Positions 20,623 through 30,595 of a DNA stretch of 64,000 bases are shown piece after piece. Each line of letters starts with the position of its first letter. The first letter of the stretch is position 1. The stretch is taken from positions 277,015 through 341,014 of the forward strand of contig CAWDSG010000002.1 in the NCBI GenBank assembly GCA_963804975.1, read 5' to 3'. The DNA is from an uncultured bacterium (lineage in GTDB: Bacteria; Patescibacteriota; Minisyncoccia; Phycocordibacterales; GWA1-40-21). The notes beneath the pieces are model-generated. The model did not search any database, had not been told where the DNA came from, and worked only from the letters and a program-made list of their open reading frames with translations. The translations under genes were made by a program, and so were the position numbers.

Positions 20623-21224
20623 TGAATAAAAAAGATATTAAAGATATTCAAGAAAAATATTTGAAAGAAATTAAAATTCCTGATAAAAAACCAGCACAGC
20701 AGATTTTCTTTTGTCCGGTGGGACTTGTCGGCGCCGGCAAAACCACAGTGACAAAACCGATATCGGAGACGCTCGGGCTTGTGCGCATATCAAGTGATGA
20801 ATTGAGAAAAATCTTGAAAGAAAACGGATACGATTATAGTTTTGTCAAGAAAATAGGTTTCAAAATAGCCAGTGAATTCGCAAAAAATGGTTTCAGTGTA
20901 TCTTTTGACATGGACTGTGGCAATCTAATAACGAAAAATTTTGTGGAAAACTTAGCAAAAAAATTGCACGCAAAAATATTTTTTGTCCATATTGATACTC
21001 CGGAAGATTATATTATTGAGAGATTGAAAAGACCTGAACCGTTAGGGCTCGTCAACGATCCTCAAATTATGATAGCCAATTATTACAATCAAAAAGAAAT
21101 ACGGTTGAAACAAAACACGAAATTTGGCTTCTTTTTCACTTTTGATCATTCGCGTCCAGACATAAATAAACAAATTTCCGATTGTATAAAGAAAATAGAA
21201 AAAGTGATCAGTTCAAAAAAATGA
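20619..21224 (+). CDS. P-loop kinase (AAA_33-like)
   Basis: GLVGAGKTT, ISSDELRK; ATGA overlaps at both ends. Confidence 0.75.
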   Translation: MMNKKDIKDIQEKYLKEIKIPDKKPAQQIFFCPVGLVGAGKTTVTKPISETLGLVRISSDELRKILKENGYDYSFVKKIGFKIASEFAKNGFSVSFDMDCGNLITKNFVENLAKKLHAKIFFVHIDTPEDYIIERLKRPEPLGLVNDPQIMIANYYNQKEIRLKQNTKFGFFFTFDHSRPDINKQISDCIKKIEKVISSKK

Positions 21225-22396
21225 AGATGTTCCTTATCGAAAATCTTAAAAAGCGGTATCCAAATAAAAATAAAAAAGTATTTGTTGGGCTTTCGGGCGG
21301 AGTGGATAGCTCTGTTTCTGCCGCATTGCTTAAAAAACAAGGATACAATATAACGGGAGTTTTTATAAAGGTTTGGCAACCGGAATTCCTGCCTACCGGC
21401 CAGGCAGGTTTTAATTGTACTTGGCGGCAAGACAGATTGGACGCAATGCGAGTTTGCGCAAAATTAAATATTCCATTCATCACTTTGAATCTTGAAAAAG
21501 AATATAAAAAAGAAGTGGTGGATTATATGATAAATGAATATAAAGCCGGCAGAACTCCGAATCCTGATGTTATGTGCAATAAATATATAAAATTTGGCCT
21601 GCCCGGCCAGGGCGGTTTTTTTGACTGGGCAATGAAACGCGGAGCGGATTATGTTGCTACCGGTCATTATGCGCGGGTGGAAAAAATTAGCAATAAATAT
21701 CAATTGCTAGCCGGAGAAGACAAAAATAAAGACCAGTCATACTTTCTCTGGACGCTTACACAAAAGCAATTGAGTAAAACTCTTTTTCCAGTGGGCGATT
21801 TGGATAAGCCGGAAGTGCGGAAGCTTGCAAAAAAATATGGCCTAAGCACTGCAGTTAAAAAAGACAGCCAAGGACTTTGTTTTATTGGAAAAGTGGATAT
21901 GAAAGATTTTCTAAAGAATTATATAAAAGAGAAAAAAGGGAAAGTACTTGACGAAAAAGGCAAAGTGATAGGTGGGCATAACGGCGCGTTTTATCTGACA
22001 ATCGGCCAGCGCCACGGCTTTAAAATCTTGGAAAAAAACCCGAATGATTCGCCGTATTACATAATTGATAAAGACATCAAAAACAATACTATTATCGTAT
22101 CGCATAATTCTTTTAAAAAGTTAGAAAACGAATCAAAAATAGTTAAATTAAAAGATTTGAATTGGATTTTGGGAGATGAGCCGGATTTGAAGAAAAAATA
22201 TTCCGCCAGAATACGATATAGAGCTCCGCTTGAAGAATGCGAAGTTCACCATGGCGAACTTGGGAAATACGAGCTTCATTTCACAAATCCGCAAAAAGCC
22301 ATAACAGAAGGCCAATCAGCGGTTATTTATGACGCCCGTCCGAACGGTTCATCCGGGCGGGGAGAAATATGTTTGGGAGGAGGAATAATTGTGTGA
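21221..22396 (+). CDS. mnmA: tRNA 2-thiouridine synthase MnmA, with three short in-frame inserts
   Basis: GLSGGVDS, TPNPDVMCN, ATGHYAR, KDQSYFL, DSQGLCF, TIGQRHG, GQSAVIY. Confidence 0.95.
   Translation: MKMFLIENLKKRYPNKNKKVFVGLSGGVDSSVSAALLKKQGYNITGVFIKVWQPEFLPTGQAGFNCTWRQDRLDAMRVCAKLNIPFITLNLEKEYKKEVVDYMINEYKAGRTPNPDVMCNKYIKFGLPGQGGFFDWAMKRGADYVATGHYARVEKISNKYQLLAGEDKNKDQSYFLWTLTQKQLSKTLFPVGDLDKPEVRKLAKKYGLSTAVKKDSQGLCFIGKVDMKDFLKNYIKEKKGKVLDEKGKVIGGHNGAFYLTIGQRHGFKILEKNPNDSPYYIIDKDIKNNTIIVSHNSFKKLENESKIVKLKDLNWILGDEPDLKKKYSARIRYRAPLEECEVHHGELGKYELHFTNPQKAITEGQSAVIYDARPNGSSGRGEICLGGGIIV
21388..21408 (+). repeat. 21-bp in-frame coding palindrome, copy in mnmA (LPTGQAG)
   Basis: CCTGCCTACCGGCCAGGCAGG. 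Confidence 0.9.
21598..21615 (+). repeat. 18-bp variant in-frame palindrome in mnmA (LPGQGG)
   Basis: CCTGCCCGGCCAGGGCGG between KFG and FFDWA. Confidence 0.6.
22334..22360 (+). repeat. 27-bp imperfect in-frame palindrome in mnmA (ARPNGSSGR)
   Basis: GCCCGTCCGAACGGTTCATCCGGGCGG splitting the YD/GE.CLGGG motif. Confidence 0.7.
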
Positions 22397-22408
22397 TATT
22401 ATTATAAT

Positions 22409-23266
22409 ATGAAATCTTTTTATGTCATAAAAGAGAATGGCGAAAGAGAGCTTTTTGATTACAAAAAGCTCGAAAACTCCCTGCGAAGAATAGGCACCGA
22501 GGAAGAAGTTATAAAAACGGTTGTTTCGGATGTGGAGAAAAATGCGTTTGATGGGATTACCACCTCGGAAATATACAGGAGAGCTTATTCCATACTCCGC
22601 AAAAAACACAGGCCGGCAGCCATAAGATATTCTTTGAAAAAAGCCGTGGCAATGCTCGGACCGACCGGTTTCCCTTTTGAAAAATTCGTCGCCGAGATAT
22701 TCAAAGCGCAAGGGTACGAAACTCTCACGGACCAAGTTGTGAAAGGCAAATGCGTGGATCATGAAATAGATATTGTTGCATGGAAAAAGGACGAACTTAT
22801 TATGGTGGAAGCGAAATTCCATACCGATTTCAATCTGAAATCTGATCTGAAAATCGTGCTTTATGTAAAGGCAAGATACGACGATATTTTCGGCAACAAA
22901 TATGTTTTTGGAGGAACGGAAAGAAAACTTATGGAGGGCTGGGTGATTACAAATACAAAATTCAGCGCTACTGCCATTCAATACGGTTCATGCCAGCCGG
23001 CACTCAGGTTTGTCGGATGGAATTATCCGTACAATAACAATCTGCATCATCTGATAGAACGATACGAGCTGATACCGGTTACAGCGCTTACGACAATCAA
23101 CACTATGGAAAAAGGATTGTTTCTCTCAAGAGGAATCGTACTTTCCAAAACCCTTTTGGATATAAATCTTTTGAAAGAATTCAATTTTGACGACAAAAAA
23201 ATCAAGTCAATACAAGACGAAGTGAATGCTCTTTGCCTGCATTGCAGAAGACAATTTAAAAATTAA
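22409..23266 (+). CDS. ATP-cone domain plus Mrr-like PD-(D/E)XK nuclease
   Basis: VIKENGERELFD..KL (ATP-cone); GFPFEKFVA...HEIDIVA...VEAKFH. Confidence 0.75.
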   Translation: MKSFYVIKENGERELFDYKKLENSLRRIGTEEEVIKTVVSDVEKNAFDGITTSEIYRRAYSILRKKHRPAAIRYSLKKAVAMLGPTGFPFEKFVAEIFKAQGYETLTDQVVKGKCVDHEIDIVAWKKDELIMVEAKFHTDFNLKSDLKIVLYVKARYDDIFGNKYVFGGTERKLMEGWVITNTKFSATAIQYGSCQPALRFVGWNYPYNNNLHHLIERYELIPVTALTTINTMEKGLFLSRGIVLSKTLLDINLLKEFNFDDKKIKSIQDEVNALCLHCRRQFKN

Positions 23267-23272
23267 AATTTT

Positions 23273-23863
23273 ATGTCAAAAACCGAAGAAATGCGGAAAA
23301 TAAAGGACGAGGTTTTAAATCTAAAGGATTCGCCGCTTTATAAATACAGGACAGAAAACAAATATTTTCCGGTAATAGGCGAGGGAAGCCATGATGCACA
23401 GATTATGTTCATCGGCGAAGCTCCGGGAAGAAACGAGGCGCAGACAGGCAGGCCTTTTTGCGGAGCGGCTGGAAAAATTTTAGACGAACTTTTGGCCCAC
23501 GCCGGCATTGAAAGGAAAAACGTTTATATCACGAATATTGTCAAAGACAGGCCTCAGCAAAACCGCGACCCATTGCCGGACGAAATAAAAATCTATGGGC
23601 CATTTTTAGACAGGCAGATAGAAATCATAAAACCGAAAATCATCGCTACGCTTGGCAGATATTCAATGGATTATATTATGAAGAAATTCGGGCTTAATTC
23701 CGAGCTTCAGCCGATTAGCAGAGCGCACGGCAAAATGTTTGAGGCAGAGGCAAGCTACGGGCCTATAAAAATAGCTGTCTTGTATCATCCGGCAGTCGTG
23801 GTCTATGACCGCTCAAAGATGGGCGAACTGAAAAAAGATTTTGAGATTTTAAAGAAAAAATAA
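23273..23863 (+). CDS. udg: Uracil-DNA glycosylase, family 4
   Basis: GEAPGRNEAQTGRPFCGAAG, YITNIVK.RP, LYHPA. Confidence 0.9.
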   Translation: MSKTEEMRKIKDEVLNLKDSPLYKYRTENKYFPVIGEGSHDAQIMFIGEAPGRNEAQTGRPFCGAAGKILDELLAHAGIERKNVYITNIVKDRPQQNRDPLPDEIKIYGPFLDRQIEIIKPKIIATLGRYSMDYIMKKFGLNSELQPISRAHGKMFEAEASYGPIKIAVLYHPAVVVYDRSKMGELKKDFEILKKK

Positions 23864-23876
23864 TATAATCAGATAA

Positions 23877-24335
23877 ATGAATCAAGAAATCACATTACAG
23901 AAAATTACCGTTAATGATAATAATGTTGACACATATATTGCTTTAGAAGAAGGTGTTGTTGACAAAAAAACGTATTCGGTTATAACTGAACCCAAAAAAG
24001 TTATTGAAGAAATAGAAAATAACGAATGTTTCTTTATCAAAAAAGATGATGAAATAATCGGAAGTATTGAATATCAAATAAAAGGACCGAATCATGCTTA
24101 TATCAGTGGCATAGTAGTGAAGCCCGATTTTCAAGGCCAAGGTATTGCGCGAAAAGCACTGAATATCGTTCTCAATAATTTAAAAGATATGAAAAGGATA
24201 GATCTGGTAGCTCACCCGGATAATATAAAATCACTTAACCTATATCAATCTCTCGGCTTTGTCATTGAATCTCGCAAAGAAAACTACTACGGGGATGGGG
24301 AACCGAGGTTGATGCTGGCTAAAACGATAAAATAA
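23877..24335 (+). CDS. GNAT N-acetyltransferase (RimI-like)
   Basis: VKPDFQGQGIA, N..SLNLYQSLGF, NYYGDGE. Confidence 0.85.
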   Translation: MNQEITLQKITVNDNNVDTYIALEEGVVDKKTYSVITEPKKVIEEIENNECFFIKKDDEIIGSIEYQIKGPNHAYISGIVVKPDFQGQGIARKALNIVLNNLKDMKRIDLVAHPDNIKSLNLYQSLGFVIESRKENYYGDGEPRLMLAKTIK

Positions 24336-24371
24336 ACTTTTTTAATTTCAATTTTGTGATATATTTTGGTT

Positions 24372-26279
24372 ATGTTATCAAACGAAATTCGCCAAAGATA
24401 CCTGAAATTCTTCGAAAAAAGGGGACATAAAATAATCCCTTCGGCTTCGCTTGTGCCTGAAAATGATCCTTCTTCGCTTTTTATAAGCGCCGGAATGCAG
24501 CCGCTTGTACCTTACCTTTTAGGCGCAAAACATCCTGCCGGCAAAAGGATTGTGGATGTCCAGAAATGCGTCCGTACGATAGATATAGACGAAGTTGGAA
24601 ATAATCGCCATCTGACTTTTTTTGAAATGCTTGGAAACTGGTCTCTTGGAGATTATTTCAAAAAAGAAGCGATTGAATGGAGTATGGAATTTCTGACAAG
24701 CAAGAAAGAGGGGCTCGGCCTTGATCCAAAACGCCTTTATGTAAGTGTATTCAAGGGAGAGGGCGAAATTCCGCGCGATGAAGATTCTATAAAATATTGG
24801 AAGGAAAATTTTGAAAAACATAAGATTACTGCAGATGTTGCTGGAACGGACGAAACGATAAAAAATAATGTGAGAATTATTCCTCTCGGTAAAGATGATA
24901 ATTTTTGGATTGCTGGGAATACCGGTCCGTGCGGCGGAGATACCGAAATGTTTTATGATGTCGTCGGAAAGGGAAAAGTGGAAGGAAAATTCCAAAACCT
25001 GGTAAAATCCGGCCGGATTATTGAAATTTGGAATGATGTTTTTATGGAATTCAATAAAACAGCCAACGGAAAATATGAAAAACTTGCAAAACCGAATGTA
25101 GACACCGGAATGGGACTTGAAAGAACTTCTGTGGTGATGCAAGTAAAAAATAATGTTTATGAAACGGATATTTTTGCGCCGATAATCGCCGAGATAAAAA
25201 AACTTGCGAAAAATTACAACGAAAGATATGCGAGAATAATTGCAGACCATGTCCGCGCCGCGACTTTTATGATTGCCGATGGCGTTACTCCGTCAAATAT
25301 TGAGCAGGGATATGTTCTTCGGAGATTATTGAGAAGAGCAGTCAGATGCGCGGACCAGATAAGTTTAGTTCAAGAAAATAAAACCGAGCGCAGCAATCTT
25401 TCTTATATAGCCCAACTATTTGTAGAACAGAATATGTCTGCATATCCTAATCTTGCAACCGAATCGGAAAGGATTTTCAAGGAAATCGAGGTGGAAGAGC
25501 AAAAGTTCAGAAAAACATTAAAAGATGGATTAAATGCTCTTAAAAAAATATTTAATTTGGCTATAGGAGGAGTGGATCCTGAAAATCTTCCCGCTGGAAT
25601 GAAACTTGAGGGTAATACTATTAGAGTTGATGGTAAAATGATTTTTAATATTTATCAAACTTATGGATTTCCACCAGAACTTTCGCAAGAAATAATGACT
25701 AATTGGGGATTAAAATTTGATGATGAAACTATGAGAGAATGTCAAGAATCTTTTAAAAAACACCAAGAAATTTCAAAAGCTGGTTCGGAACAAAAATTCA
25801 AAGGCGGATTGGCAAGTACCGGTGAAATGGAGACGAAATATCACACAGCTACGCATTTATTGCTCGCATCATTACGAAAAGTTCTTGGTGGCCTGCCTGC
25901 CGGTCAGGCAGGGGAAATTGTGCAGAAGGGAAGCAATATCACGGCGGAAAGGATGCGTTTTGATTTCAATTGGCCGGAAAAATTGACCGCCGAACAACTA
26001 AAAGCTGTAGAAAAACTCGTGAACGAAAAAATTACCGAGAAAATTCCCGTTCAAATGCTTGAATTGCCGAAGGAAGAAGCGAAGAAAATCGTTTCAACCC
26101 TTTCTTTTGACTTGTCCAAATACGGCGATGTTGTGAAAGTTTACAAGATAGGGGATTTCAGCGCAGAATTCTGCGGCGGCCCTCACGTCAAAAATACCGG
26201 CGAATTGGGGCATTTCAAAATCATTAAAGAAGAAGCTTCAAGTGCGGGAGTGAGAAGAATCAAAGCGGTTTTGGAATAG
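24372..26279 (+). CDS. alaS: Alanine--tRNA ligase, short form without C-Ala domain
   Basis: SAGMQPL, HLTFFEMLGNWS, VDTGMGLER, IIADH, HTATHLL, EFCGGPHV, GVRRIKA. Confidence 0.95.
   Translation: MLSNEIRQRYLKFFEKRGHKIIPSASLVPENDPSSLFISAGMQPLVPYLLGAKHPAGKRIVDVQKCVRTIDIDEVGNNRHLTFFEMLGNWSLGDYFKKEAIEWSMEFLTSKKEGLGLDPKRLYVSVFKGEGEIPRDEDSIKYWKENFEKHKITADVAGTDETIKNNVRIIPLGKDDNFWIAGNTGPCGGDTEMFYDVVGKGKVEGKFQNLVKSGRIIEIWNDVFMEFNKTANGKYEKLAKPNVDTGMGLERTSVVMQVKNNVYETDIFAPIIAEIKKLAKNYNERYARIIADHVRAATFMIADGVTPSNIEQGYVLRRLLRRAVRCADQISLVQENKTERSNLSYIAQLFVEQNMSAYPNLATESERIFKEIEVEEQKFRKTLKDGLNALKKIFNLAIGGVDPENLPAGMKLEGNTIRVDGKMIFNIYQTYGFPPELSQEIMTNWGLKFDDETMRECQESFKKHQEISKAGSEQKFKGGLASTGEMETKYHTATHLLLASLRKVLGGLPAGQAGEIVQKGSNITAERMRFDFNWPEKLTAEQLKAVEKLVNEKITEKIPVQMLELPKEEAKKIVSTLSFDLSKYGDVVKVYKIGDFSAEFCGGPHVKNTGELGHFKIIKEEASSAGVRRIKAVLE
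25892..25912 (+). repeat. 21-bp in-frame coding palindrome, copy in alaS (LPAGQAG)
   Basis: CCTGCCTGCCGGTCAGGCAGG between LRKVLGG and EIVQKGS. Confidence 0.9.
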
Positions 26280-26306
26280 TAAGACAGATTGAAGATTTAT
26301 AAACTA

Positions 26307-26340
26307 AAAAGCGTTTTGTCTTTACAGACAAAACGCTTTT
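26307..26340. terminator. Bidirectional terminator
   Basis: AAAAGCGTTTTGTCT-TTAC-AGACAAAACGCTTTT between convergent genes. Confidence 0.8.
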
Positions 26341-26342
26341 AA

Positions 26343-26657
26343 TTATTTTTCTACAATCGAAGCCCAAACAAAGCATTTTTCCTGATCGTAATAAAAATTG
26401 AAAAATCCTTTTTTTCCCAATAATTCGTAAAGAGGCTTGGATTTATTATTATTTTCCATTTCGTAAATAATCATATTGCCGCCATAGTTGTCGCAAATAA
26501 AAACAAGAAAAGATATTCCGGTTTCCGATATATTTACAACTTTATGGATTCCTCTTAGATCAGAAAGGTTTTTTGGTTTGCCTGTGCCGTTTTTCTGACC
26601 TATTTTATAAGCTATAACGAAAAGAATAAGAGCTATTAGAAGAACAAAAACGAACAT
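26343..26657 (-). CDS. Hypothetical membrane-anchored protein (104 aa)
   Basis: ATG at 26657 preceded by AAGGAGG; N-terminal TM helix. Confidence 0.7.
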   Translation of the reverse strand: MFVFVLLIALILFVIAYKIGQKNGTGKPKNLSDLRGIHKVVNISETGISFLVFICDNYGGNMIIYEMENNNKSKPLYELLGKKGFFNFYYDQEKCFVWASIVEK

Positions 26658-26809
26658 GTTATTCCTCCTTTCTAAAAATTTTTGTAATTGAACCTGTTTA
26701 ATTTTTAACAAATAATTTAAAATTTGTCAATACAAATAGAAAAAATGATCAAATAAAACATTTTAATTTTATGGACTTTCAACTTTATATTGGTATAATA
26801 TAGCTATAT

Positions 26810-27970
26810 ATGAGTTTTTTTTCTTTCAAAAAGAAACCTGCTTTATCTTTTGTTTTTGATATTCGCGATTCTTCTATTGCCCTTGCTGTCGCCAGAATAG
26901 AAGCATGCGAGAAACCGGAGCTTGTTTTTTGCCATAATTTCCAGATTAAAATCCAAGATACAAGCGACCATCAAAAATATCTCTCTTCTATGCTTGCTAC
27001 ATTTGACCATGCGGTTCTTTCTGCCAGAAAAACACTGATAAAGACCGGCAATGCGGAAAAAATAGAAAAGCATTTCTTTTTTGTCGGTTCCCCATGGAGT
27101 GTTTCTCAAAGCAAGATGATAAAAGTGGCAAAAGACAGGCCGTTTGAGGTCAATAATAGTTTTTTGAAAAAAATAATTACAGATGAAGAAACAAGGGATG
27201 AAAATGAGATGGCGCAAATTTCAGGCGAGGGCGATTGGCGGGTGCTTGAAGAAAAAGTGATCCGGACAAAGCTCAATGGCTACGCGATCGAAAAAATATT
27301 CGGCAAGAAAACAGCCGATTTTGAAGCGGAATTATTCGTTTCCTTCATTCCGCATGAAGTGCAGAATAAAATAAATTCTTTTGCGGACATAAAACTCAAA
27401 AATGGCACGTTCAGACACGCGGGTTCGCCCATACTTTCCTCATATTCATATTTACGGGATGCGTATCCGGAGAAAAGCGATTTTATTTATCTGGATATGG
27501 GAAATTATTTAACGGATGTTTATATCGTCAAAGACAATATTATTTTCGCGATTGCATCGTTTCCTTCCGGCGAGAAAGAAATCCTGAAATCTGCCGCAAA
27601 AAGCGCAAAAACATCTGAGCATCTCGTATCTTCGGCTGCCAATATTTTACGCGATAATAATTATGATGCCGCTGAAAAAAAGAAATTCAAAGACAGCATA
27701 AATCCTGGGATAGAGGCATGGTCAGCCAAACTGAGCGATTTATTATCGAAAATCTGCAAAAATTCCAATATTCCGAGAGATTTATTCATTGTTCCAAAAA
27801 GCGAATTTTCAGAATTCATAATCGGCAATCTAAGCAAAAAAGAGAACGGATTGAAAATACGGATTGTGGAGGAGCAGTCAATGAGTGATCAGATTACGAA
27901 CGGCAAGATGTTTTTAAATGAACAATATGTTAAAATGGATATGATATTCTTAGCTAAAAATATGAGATAG
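26810..27970 (+). CDS. Actin-like ATPase fold protein (FtsA/PilM-like, divergent)
   Basis: FVFDIRDSSI and YLDMGNYLTDV phosphate-loop-like motifs. Confidence 0.55.
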   Translation: MSFFSFKKKPALSFVFDIRDSSIALAVARIEACEKPELVFCHNFQIKIQDTSDHQKYLSSMLATFDHAVLSARKTLIKTGNAEKIEKHFFFVGSPWSVSQSKMIKVAKDRPFEVNNSFLKKIITDEETRDENEMAQISGEGDWRVLEEKVIRTKLNGYAIEKIFGKKTADFEAELFVSFIPHEVQNKINSFADIKLKNGTFRHAGSPILSSYSYLRDAYPEKSDFIYLDMGNYLTDVYIVKDNIIFAIASFPSGEKEILKSAAKSAKTSEHLVSSAANILRDNNYDAAEKKKFKDSINPGIEAWSAKLSDLLSKICKNSNIPRDLFIVPKSEFSEFIIGNLSKKENGLKIRIVEEQSMSDQITNGKMFLNEQYVKMDMIFLAKNMR

Positions 27971-28000
27971 GAATTTATTTATTTTTTAAATTTAATTATT

Positions 28001-29407
28001 ATGGCGCGAAAATTAATACAGGATATTTTTGTAAATAAAAAACCGAAGGATATCATCCGTGCCGATTCCGCCGCCAAAGCGGCGGAAAGCGATCCCGAAA
28101 CGGGTAATCGGGGAAACGATTCATTTTCAAAGAATGACAGTTTCAATAAATTATTTTCCGGAAAGAAAAAATATCATGAGGAAATCGATGAGTTTCGCGA
28201 ACAGGAAGGAAAAATATCAAAAAATTCCCATATTTTCATATGGATTATCTGCATCGTTTGCGTCGCTACGCTTTTATTTTTCATTTCATCCGCTTTTTCC
28301 ACCGCGACGCTTACTATAACGCCGAAAGTCGAACCTGTTGCGCTCAATGACACTTATGCGGCGCTAATGAGTACAAACGCACAAACAAATGCGGCCGCAC
28401 AAAAAAGCACAAGCACATTGCATTATCAGGTACTGACACTTACAAAAAATCTTTCGCAGGGATTAGAGACAAATGGCGAACAGAATGTCTCCCGAAAAGC
28501 CACAGGAAAAGCGGTTATTTACAACAATTATAGCACGGCGACACAGCGGCTTATCAATAACACCCGCCTTGAAACCAAAAGCGGGCTCATATACAGGATA
28601 ACCCAGTCCGTAAATGTGCCTGGCATTAAAACGATAAAAGGCGTTAAAACTCCCGGAAGTGTGGAAGTAAATATTATCGCTGATGCGCCGGGAGATAAAT
28701 ACAATATAAAATTGCCAGATTCCAAAGGTGATTTTACGATACCGGGTTTTAAAGGCACACCTCAGTACAGCGGATTTTATGCGCACCTTAGTACTGATGT
28801 GACGGGAGGATATATCGGAAATGTAAAAACGGTTTCTGCAGATGCGCTTTCCGCCGGCAGAATCCAGCTTAAAAATGACCTGCAAACCGAACTCATCAAA
28901 GATATTTATTCCCAGATTGACGATAAAAGCATTATTTTTAAAAATGATTATTTTATAGAATATACGGATCTGCCGGACGTTTCGGACGCGGATAATTATA
29001 CGATTTCGGAATCGGTGGCAATTTACGCTTTCGTGTTCAACAAAACAGAACTTGCGGATTTTATCGCGAAGAATAAATTGCCGGATTATGACAATGCCGA
29101 TGTTGATGCAATCTGGAATGACGATATATCGGTAGCGGTTTCCGGAATGACCGTAACGCCGTGGCTTGAAAATTCCGTGAAAACAAAATTTTCCGGAGAC
29201 GCAAATATCGCATGGTCATATGATTCCGCCAAAATCCTGGATGAAATCAGCGGCCAAGACAAATCGGTGCTTGAAGATGTCATGGACGAAAATAAAAATT
29301 CAATCATCGAGATATCTGCGGTCATAATGCCTATGTGGGAAAATTTGTTTCCGAAAAATACGAATAAGATAAAGATCATCGATTCGGTAAGGGACGCGGC
29401 GAAATAA
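28001..29407 (+). CDS. Single-pass membrane protein with baseplate J-like extracellular domain
   Basis: TM helix at about aa 78-97; KATGKAVIYN, TRLET..G..Y, V.IIADAPGDKYNI, FTIPG. Confidence 0.55.
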   Translation: MARKLIQDIFVNKKPKDIIRADSAAKAAESDPETGNRGNDSFSKNDSFNKLFSGKKKYHEEIDEFREQEGKISKNSHIFIWIICIVCVATLLFFISSAFSTATLTITPKVEPVALNDTYAALMSTNAQTNAAAQKSTSTLHYQVLTLTKNLSQGLETNGEQNVSRKATGKAVIYNNYSTATQRLINNTRLETKSGLIYRITQSVNVPGIKTIKGVKTPGSVEVNIIADAPGDKYNIKLPDSKGDFTIPGFKGTPQYSGFYAHLSTDVTGGYIGNVKTVSADALSAGRIQLKNDLQTELIKDIYSQIDDKSIIFKNDYFIEYTDLPDVSDADNYTISESVAIYAFVFNKTELADFIAKNKLPDYDNADVDAIWNDDISVAVSGMTVTPWLENSVKTKFSGDANIAWSYDSAKILDEISGQDKSVLEDVMDENKNSIIEISAVIMPMWENLFPKNTNKIKIIDSVRDAAK

Positions 29408-29416
29408 AAATTCATA

Positions 29417-30283
29417 ATGAAAATCACTAAAACAAATAAGCTGATCTTGGCGCTTTTGACGTCTGTGATTTTGTTTTTTGCCGGATATATTCTCGCGGAA
29501 AATTTTTCCGGAAATATCGCATCTCAAACGCAAGTTTTTTACAGCTTGGACAAGAAAGACAATGACCAAGAGATTATCAAGATCATAAATGATGCCGATA
29601 AATATGTTTATTTCGCTATCTATACTTTTACGAAAGAAAATATCGCTGATGCATTGGTAAATGCGAAAAATCGCGGACTTATCGTAGAGGGAATTACCGA
29701 TACTATTGAATCAACTTCAGCATACGAAAAGCCGGTTTTGGAAAAACTTGCATCGGCCGGCATTCCGGTGGAAACACAGAAACATACTGACGGCATCATG
29801 CATATCAAGGCGATTGTGACTGATAAAGCGTATGCCTTGGGAAGCTACAATTGGACCGATAGCGCGACTGTGGTGAACGATGAGATTTTAGAAGTCGGCA
29901 CGAACAATACTCTGCGGCAGGAATATCTAAATATTATAAAAAGAGTGATTGCGGTGAATGCCGGAACTTCAACTGTGATTGTTGCCGCAAACGAACCGCC
30001 GGTTAAAATAAATTATGCTGATGCAACAAATTATATCGGCAAAAATGCGACTGTTTCCGGCATACCGCTAAAAATTTACAGCTCGTCTGGCGGAACGGTA
30101 TTTTTTGATTATTGCGTCAATTACAAGACCTGCCCGTTTTCTGTGGTGATTTTTGCCGATGATGCCAAGAAATTCAAGAATGTTGCCGAATATACTGACC
30201 AAACCATTTCCGTCACTGGGCTTTTGAAAAGCTATTCCGGCCATGCTGAGATAGATGTGACTGACCCAAGCCAGATTAAATAA
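29417..30283 (+). CDS. Phospholipase D/Nuc-like (single HKD) with C-terminal OB-fold
   Basis: HIKAIVTD...GSYNWT...NDE; C-terminal ATNYIGKNATVSG...ISVTGLLKSYSG. Confidence 0.8.
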   Translation: MKITKTNKLILALLTSVILFFAGYILAENFSGNIASQTQVFYSLDKKDNDQEIIKIINDADKYVYFAIYTFTKENIADALVNAKNRGLIVEGITDTIESTSAYEKPVLEKLASAGIPVETQKHTDGIMHIKAIVTDKAYALGSYNWTDSATVVNDEILEVGTNNTLRQEYLNIIKRVIAVNAGTSTVIVAANEPPVKINYADATNYIGKNATVSGIPLKIYSSSGGTVFFDYCVNYKTCPFSVVIFADDAKKFKNVAEYTDQTISVTGLLKSYSGHAEIDVTDPSQIK

Positions 30284-30373
30284 AATTGACGATTATATAC
30301 AATTATGCTAATCTGTAATAGAAATAGTTTTTTTAAAAACAATCACAACCAATAAAGAAAGAAGGGGGAAATC

Positions 30374-30595
30374 ATGGGTACGCATGGTTATACCAGAGGT
30401 GGAGAAAGACTTCCTGTCGTTCGCGAGTACAAAGATTCGGATGAAAAATATAAAAATTTTCCTGAACAACAAAAAAAGGAACGTTCGGTTGAGTTAAGGT
30501 CATCTAGTATTTATCCCGGCGTATACGATAGAGTAATCGTAGAGCGTCGTGCGTACAATCCAGATGCTCCGCATCCGGACAACCGTGATTGGTAG
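30374..30595 (+). CDS. Small hypothetical protein (73 aa)
   Basis: Promoter TTGACG(30286)-17-TAATCT, purine-rich SD, hairpin at about 30620-30647. Confidence 0.55.
   Translation: MGTHGYTRGGERLPVVREYKDSDEKYKNFPEQQKKERSVELRSSSIYPGVYDRVIVERRAYNPDAPHPDNRDW

Noticed and set aside
24519-25250. 243-aa antisense ORF and many similar shadow ORFs opposite rpoB, rpoC and pyrG
   Set aside because: Antisense shadows of conserved genes with no motifs or expression signals
28001-29407. Prophage suggested by the baseplate J-like protein
   Set aside because: No terminase, capsid, tail or integrase genes nearby, and the protein has a TM anchor
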